Assembly (NCBI GenBank): GCA_013178285.1
Contig: JABLXD010000002.1
Span: 66,122-130,121, forward strand
Length of the DNA: 64,000 nt
Direction of reading: 5' to 3'
DNA from: Methanofastidiosum sp.
GTDB taxonomy: Archaea > Methanobacteriota_B > Thermococci > Methanofastidiosales > Methanofastidiosaceae
The stretch's first letter is position 1. The number at the start of each line of letters is the position of its first letter. Below the pieces are notes generated by a model. The model had not been told where the DNA came from, ran no database searches, and worked only from the letters and a program-made list of their open reading frames with translations. This document shows, piece after piece, positions 59,228 through 64,000 of the stretch. A program made the position numbers and the translations under genes.

Positions 59228-59899
59228 GAAGTCTTGTACCATATTCATTGTTTCTTTATATCCATCAATGGGTATATCTGCCCTACTCCCAACTTCACCT
59301 TCTATTTTTAAAACTCCATGTATCCCACAAAACATTCCTTCAGATACTTGTCCGTAGAATTCTCTTGGAGGCAAGATAGAAACTGCGACAACATCCCCAT
59401 CTTTTATGGACATGTCATTTGTCAGAACTGTAATAGCCCTCTTTATATCAACATTGCATATTAAAAGGGAATCAGAAGCTTTTGAAACTGATAGAATTTT
59501 TCCAACAAGTGTATCAACGCCATAATGATTATCATGCTTTATTCTTCTATCCAAAAAATACAAAGTATTCATAGAAAAAATAATTTTAGCAATCCCCATT
59601 TTCGTAGAAATTTTATTTTCTTTTTTTGCATTGGAAAGAAAATTTGAACTCCAGCCTTCTCCGAGCGATTCCTGCAATTTTGATATTTTTTCTTTTATTG
59701 GAGAAACTATTTCACTGATATTTTCTTTTTCAGCATATGAAAATTTTATTGCCATGATATCTGATTTCATTGAATCAGTAATTTGTAGTGCATCTTTCTT
59801 TTTCCAAACACCTTCAAATCTTGTACTCTCCAAGGTCTTCTTAAGAAGTTCTAAGGCTTTTTCCGCCACAAGTACATTTATATTATTTTGAGTATCCAT
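59216..59899 (-). CDS. Protein with C-terminal tRNA-binding OB-fold (Trbp111/CsaA/Myf-type) domain, unknown N-terminal domain
   Basis: 227 aa; C-terminal GKILSVSKASDSLLICNVDI...GQVSEGMFCG matches tRNA-binding domain pattern; last gene of preQ0 operon. Confidence 0.55.
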   Translation of the reverse strand: MDTQNNINVLVAEKALELLKKTLESTRFEGVWKKKDALQITDSMKSDIMAIKFSYAEKENISEIVSPIKEKISKLQESLGEGWSSNFLSNAKKENKISTKMGIAKIIFSMNTLYFLDRRIKHDNHYGVDTLVGKILSVSKASDSLLICNVDIKRAITVLTNDMSIKDGDVVAVSILPPREFYGQVSEGMFCGIHGVLKIEGEVGSRADIPIDGYKETMNMVQDFLKH

Positions 59900-59908
59900 A
59901 TCAAATCC

Positions 59909-60568
59909 TCACGTATATTTAATTGGATCTTTTTCTCCTGCTTCTTGAAATCCTTTAAGTCTTAATCTACAAGAATCACAAACTCCACAGGCCTCATCAT
60001 TTTCTGTGTAGCAACTCCAAGTTCTTTCAAATGGAACATTAAGTTCTACCCCCTTTTTTACTATATCTGATTTTGACATATATGCAAGAGGTGTTTTAAG
60101 TTTGATCTTTGTTTTGTCTTTTGTTCCTGTATCTATCAATCCCTGGAAAGCTTTAAAGAATTGAGGCCGACAATCCGGATAACCCGAAAAATCTATTGAA
60201 TTTGCACCATAGTAAATAGCTTCTGCGCCCACTACTTCAGCCCACGCAGTAGCTAAAGATAAAAGAATGGAATTTCTGAAAGGAACGTAACTTGGAGGTA
60301 TGCCTTCAGTTTCATTTTTTGGTAGTTCGATAGAATTATCGGTAAGGCCACTTCCCCCTATTTCTTTTAAGAAATCAAGATTAATAACTTTAAAATCCAC
60401 AGAATTATAAAAAAAAGACAACTCATTTGCACAGTTATACTCTCTTATCTTTGTTCTCTGCCCATAATTAACATGCAATACATAGATATCGTATCCTTCA
60501 TTTTTTGCAATTGCGGCACAAACTGCAGAATCCATGCCACCACTAAGTAATACAACTGCAGATTTCAT
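59909..60568 (-). CDS. queC: 7-cyano-7-deazaguanine synthase
   Basis: 219 aa; LLSGGMDS PP-loop, C-terminal CGVCDSCRLR zinc site. Confidence 0.9.
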   Translation of the reverse strand: MKSAVVLLSGGMDSAVCAAIAKNEGYDIYVLHVNYGQRTKIREYNCANELSFFYNSVDFKVINLDFLKEIGGSGLTDNSIELPKNETEGIPPSYVPFRNSILLSLATAWAEVVGAEAIYYGANSIDFSGYPDCRPQFFKAFQGLIDTGTKDKTKIKLKTPLAYMSKSDIVKKGVELNVPFERTWSCYTENDEACGVCDSCRLRLKGFQEAGEKDPIKYT

Positions 60569-61359
60569 GTTTCAATTGCCCCCTCGGCAAAAACATCATG
60601 CCTATGTATTGACTCCTGGCTTAAACATTCTGCATGAATCTTTGATTTTTTAAATTTAGAAGACGCTAATGACAACATGTTTCTGCAAACATCTTCGACA
60701 AAAAGAGGATTATTGTGCATTCTATCAACGACAAAAGATTCATCCTCAGTTTTTAATAAAGTAAATACTCTAGAAGAAAATGAATTATCTACAACCCTTA
60801 TCATCTCTTCAAGGTCAATATCATTATCAAAGTCAGTTTCAATCCTCAAATTCCCAATTGCCCTTTGTATGTGGGTTCCCTTTTTGTTAACAGCCAATGC
60901 ATGCGGGCATGCAGTATTTCCAATAACACTTACTTCCAATATTTTTATCCATGACCCGTTGTTATTTCTAAGTCTTACTTTGATGTCATGTATCTCAATT
61001 GTATCTTTTTTACTGACCGGTGTTATTTCATAAAGGGGGATTTCTGATTCAAATTCAATCTCTGCACTAACATAACTGTGTTTTACTTTCAATTTTTCAA
61101 GGATGTGTTTACCTATTTGTTCCAAGGAGTTGTGTTTGCCCCTGACTTCATCTTCCAGTATCTCAGTAATACTCTCGATGAATCTACTCATGTGTACTCC
61201 TTTTTTGTTTTCAGTTAAATCCATGAAAATATTGATCTTTGGTATATGCCTATACTCTTTGGTATTCCTTTCTATTTTGATGAGAGTTTTAAGATTTTTA
61301 ATTCCAACTCTTTCAAGTTTCAATTGATGTTTTGGTGATTCATCCTGAGTGTTAATCAT
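60565..61359 (-). CDS. folE2: GTP cyclohydrolase FolE2/MptA family
   Basis: 264 aa; KGVHMSRF, TACPHA, ECLSQESIHRHDVFAEG closely follow FolE2 conserved blocks. Confidence 0.8.
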   Translation of the reverse strand: MINTQDESPKHQLKLERVGIKNLKTLIKIERNTKEYRHIPKINIFMDLTENKKGVHMSRFIESITEILEDEVRGKHNSLEQIGKHILEKLKVKHSYVSAEIEFESEIPLYEITPVSKKDTIEIHDIKVRLRNNNGSWIKILEVSVIGNTACPHALAVNKKGTHIQRAIGNLRIETDFDNDIDLEEMIRVVDNSFSSRVFTLLKTEDESFVVDRMHNNPLFVEDVCRNMLSLASSKFKKSKIHAECLSQESIHRHDVFAEGAIET

Positions 61360-62000
61360 TTAATTTCTCCCACTTTGTGTATCTGGAGCAATATCCTAAC
61401 ATTATTATTAATTGGATCATTTGTATACAATTCATATAGATCCTTGTAGGTAAGCTTATCCCAACAGGGCTGGATTATAAGAGGTACATTAAAAGAGTTT
61501 TCATTGATAAATTTCTTTAAGAATAGGTAATCGTCTTTATCTGAAATAACGGCCTTCATCTGCCCATTTCTTTTTATTATTGCATCAACAATTTTATTGA
61601 AAATATCTAAATCATTAGTTTCATTCTTACTGCTTGGCGTCTTAATATCAATGCTGATGAAATCAATTTTTAATAGAACATCATGGTATATCGAACCATT
61701 TGTTTCAATTGAGATATGGTAACCTTTTGAATGAAGAATCTCAACGAGCTCTTCTATATCCTGAAGTAAAGGTTCTCCCCCTGTAATAAGAACTGACTTA
61801 ATATCCTTATTAATTCTTTCAATTTCTTCTAGTATCTCGTCTATGTTTTTTTCAACAGCATTATAGTTGGCATATTTCGTATCACACCAACTGCAATCAA
61901 GGTTACACCCAGAGAGTCTTAAAAAAACAGTTGGCTTTCCTATTTCTAGCCCTTCTCCGTTAATTGAGAAAAATATTTCTGATACTAGTAGATTTTTCAT
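61356..62000 (-). CDS. queE: 7-carboxy-7-deazaguanine synthase (radical SAM)
   Basis: 214 aa; FLRLSGCNLDCSWCDTKYA cluster-binding motif. Confidence 0.85.
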   Translation of the reverse strand: MKNLLVSEIFFSINGEGLEIGKPTVFLRLSGCNLDCSWCDTKYANYNAVEKNIDEILEEIERINKDIKSVLITGGEPLLQDIEELVEILHSKGYHISIETNGSIYHDVLLKIDFISIDIKTPSSKNETNDLDIFNKIVDAIIKRNGQMKAVISDKDDYLFLKKFINENSFNVPLIIQPCWDKLTYKDLYELYTNDPINNNVRILLQIHKVGEIK

Positions 62001-62356
62001 GCGAAGACCTCTACGTAAGAGCCTTCACCTTCATATAATCTTATAGAAAACAAATTAACTTTAGTTTTTTTAAATTCATTTTCAAGTTTTGAAAAAATAT
62101 CCTTTGCCATGTTTTCTACTGTTGGTTGTGAGTATAAATCATTCAAAAAACAATGATCCATCTTAGTTACTATTTTATCTGTGACTATTTTCTTTAAATC
62201 AAAAAGGTCCATGACCATTCCAGTTTCATCCGGAGTGCCTTCTACAGTAACGATCAACTTGTATGTATGCCCATGTAGATTTGCACAAGCCCCATCATAA
62301 TCAACTAATTTGTGTGCTGCATCAAATTTGAAGGTTTTACTTAATCTAAATTTCAT
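61997..62356 (-). CDS. queD: 6-carboxy-5,6,7,8-tetrahydropterin synthase
   Basis: 119 aa; FDAAHKL...CANLHGHTYKL PTPS-family motifs. Confidence 0.85.
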   Translation of the reverse strand: MKFRLSKTFKFDAAHKLVDYDGACANLHGHTYKLIVTVEGTPDETGMVMDLFDLKKIVTDKIVTKMDHCFLNDLYSQPTVENMAKDIFSKLENEFKKTKVNLFSIRLYEGEGSYVEVFA

Positions 62357-62439
62357 ATAATCACTTTATAGAAGGCATTATACTATAAGAAACTAAGATT
62401 AATTTATAATTATTTCTCCTATAATGGATAAATAGCTTA

Positions 62440-63270
62440 CTATTTTCCTTCCAATCCTTTCTCAACTTCTTTGTATACTTTTTTTAAGATTTCAATTCTA
62501 TCATTAGAACTTATTATGCTCCTACCGATAACGATAACAGATGATCCATTAATAATTGCTTCTTCTGGAGTAGACACCCTCTTTTGGTCAGAAACTTTGT
62601 CATCTCTCAATCTGACTCCCGGGGTTACATAGAGAATTTCTTTACAAATATGTGGCCTAATAGTTTTAATATCGTTAGGAGAGCAAACTAATCCATCACA
62701 TCCATTTTCTGAAGCCATTCTTGCATAGCTTACGAGAGCAGTGTCAAGAGATTTATCAATAAGTAGATCTCTAAGGGAGTTTTCATCTTGGCTTGTGAGT
62801 ACTGTTACTCCCAGAATGATTGGTTTGATTTTACCATACGTAGTAACGCCATTTTTTACTCCTATTACTGCCGCCTGAATCATCTCTTTTCCGCCCATTG
62901 AATGAATTGTAAACATTTTGATGTTATGCTTGACTAAAGCCCTTGAAGCACTTTCAACAGTATTTGGGATATCGTGAAATTTAAGGTCCAAGAAAACATC
63001 CCTACCATAGCTTTGTGGGATTTTGATTGAAGAAGTTCCCTCGGATACGAATAATTGCTTTCCAATTTTATATAAGCCAACATATTCATGGCTCTCTTCA
63101 ACGACTTCTTTAGCTAGATCAAGTGAATCAACGTCAAGTGCCAAACATATTCTCTTTCGGACATCTTCTTTATTCATTTCGTCTCCACCTCCATGGATTC
63201 TTTTTCCACAGTTCAATTTCATTTTTACTAGAGCCCATCTTATCGGATGTATGTTCAAGCAGGCCTTCAA
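62440..63270 (-). CDS. pyrF: Orotidine 5'-phosphate decarboxylase (ORF over-extended; probable start Met32 at ~63177)
   Basis: ICLALDV, YKIGKQLF, DLKFHDIPNTV OMPdecase motifs. Confidence 0.8.
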   Translation of the reverse strand: MKACLNIHPIRWALVKMKLNCGKRIHGGGDEMNKEDVRKRICLALDVDSLDLAKEVVEESHEYVGLYKIGKQLFVSEGTSSIKIPQSYGRDVFLDLKFHDIPNTVESASRALVKHNIKMFTIHSMGGKEMIQAAVIGVKNGVTTYGKIKPIILGVTVLTSQDENSLRDLLIDKSLDTALVSYARMASENGCDGLVCSPNDIKTIRPHICKEILYVTPGVRLRDDKVSDQKRVSTPEEAIINGSSVIVIGRSIISSNDRIEILKKVYKEVEKGLEGK

Positions 63271-63781
63271 GAGTCAAAAGACTTTGAAATGGAACATTTA
63301 ACTTCTGAAACATTTCTAACGATTCAGAAAATTGGTATGAGAATATTGAAAAGGCATTCAAAGATTTAGCAGAAGACTCTTTTAGTAAATTGATCGCCCT
63401 GCCAATAGAGCCGCCCGTTGATACAACATCTTCTATGACTAAAATATTTTTACTAACGTCAATATCCCCTTCGATGCTCTGTTTTTTCCCATAATCTTTG
63501 TGTGACGATCTGACATAACCAAAAGGAACATCAAGCCTGTCTGAAAGCCATGCCCCCCAAGAGATCCCTCCTGTAGCAACTCCAATTACACACTCAATTT
63601 TCATTTTACTAATTTTTTCTAAGAATCCATTCAAGATCATTTTTCTTTCTTTTGGATAAGAAATCAATCTCCTCGTATCACAGTATATTGGGCTTTTTAT
63701 CCCTGATGCAAAAGTAAATGGATTAGTTGCATCTACCTGGATACTTCTAGTTTCAAAAAGTATATCGTAGAGCTCTTTCAC
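63170..63781 (-). CDS. pyrE: Orotate phosphoribosyltransferase
   Basis: 203 aa; PRTase motif ILVIEDVVSTGGS; GTG start overlapping pyrD stop (GTGA). Confidence 0.85.
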   Translation of the reverse strand: MKELYDILFETRSIQVDATNPFTFASGIKSPIYCDTRRLISYPKERKMILNGFLEKISKMKIECVIGVATGGISWGAWLSDRLDVPFGYVRSSHKDYGKKQSIEGDIDVSKNILVIEDVVSTGGSIGRAINLLKESSAKSLNAFSIFSYQFSESLEMFQKLNVPFQSLLTLEGLLEHTSDKMGSSKNEIELWKKNPWRWRRNE

Positions 63782-64000
63782 ATCATCACCTTTAGTTTTC
63801 CTCTAAAGTCATCTAAAGAAGTGTAGCCTTTCTTTTCCATTATTTGAGAAAGTTCTTTTGATACTCGTTCAAATACAGGGGGGCCTTCTTGAGAGAATGA
63901 AGTTCCTAGTTGGAGTAAAGTAGCCCCTGCTAGAATAAATTCAAACGCATCAATTCCTGTATATATTCCGCCTACTCCTACAATTTTGATTTTTTCATTC
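63778..64000 (-). CDS. pyrD: Dihydroorotate dehydrogenase, C-terminal fragment (gene continues beyond window)
   Basis: Reverse-strand translation ...KIKIVGVGGIYTGIDAFEFILAGATLLQLGTSF...KVMM* matches PyrD C-terminal GGI.TG.DA.E.ILAGA motif. Confidence 0.7.
   Translation of the reverse strand, partial: NEKIKIVGVGGIYTGIDAFEFILAGATLLQLGTSFSQEGPPVFERVSKELSQIMEKKGYTSLDDFRGKLKVMM

Noticed and set aside
1-64000. Search for CRISPR arrays, integrases, transposases, rRNA/tRNA genes
   Set aside because: No regularly spaced direct repeats, no recombinase or transposase motifs, and no other GC-rich islands or cloverleaf-like segments were seen in intergenic regions; nothing to report.

Overview
The window reads as a low-GC (~32%) euryarchaeal chromosome segment, almost fully coding and dominated by core metabolism and information-processing genes.

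Translation and RNA-modification genes: leuS, rpl21e–rpoF–DUF655–ksgA, pus10, dph5, taw3, a NOG1 GTPase, ribL and an ASH-Ski2-type helicase.

Biosynthetic clusters:
- hemL–hemC–cobA/hemD (fused) tetrapyrrole genes sit immediately downstream of a DUF–YcaO–TfuA thioamidation-type trio.
- A tetrahydrofolate one-carbon island: fhs, MTHFS, MFS transporter, folC, folD, glyA.
- A five-gene split archaeal glutamate synthase, followed by glnA.
- A preQ0/archaeosine operon (queD–queE–folE2–queC) ending in a gene with a tRNA-binding OB-fold domain.
- pyrD(partial)–pyrE–pyrF.

The largest single feature is a 15-gene operon (15.5–24.5 kb, minus strand) for a group-4 membrane-bound [NiFe] hydrogenase. It combines an Mrp antiporter module (MrpE/F/G/B/D-like), NuoK/H/I/B/D-like subunits, a 10-cluster polyferredoxin and a 4-cluster ferredoxin. 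It has no NuoC-like subunit and its gene order matches neither canonical Mbh nor Eha/Ehb.

The only clearly accessory-looking stretch is ~29.4–34.8 kb. It contains a ~280-nt GC-rich structured RNA (candidate SRP/7S RNA) with an archaeal TATA box and an oligo-T terminator, an MBL-fold hydrolase, a secreted beta-propeller repeat protein, an overlapping HTH + 384-aa hypothetical gene pair, and a Thr/Gln-rich secreted protein.

Other notable items: a 934-aa acidic tandem-repeat coiled-coil protein, a divergent isoprenoid-synthase-like protein after ksgA, an orphan membrane histidine kinase with an overlapping cupin gene, a chagasin-family inhibitor, and a palindromic operator-like site upstream of a PaaK/F390-synthetase-like ligase.

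No CRISPR array, integrase, transposase or rRNA/tRNA gene was recognised. All functional calls are from reading motifs in the translated ORFs; no database search was possible.
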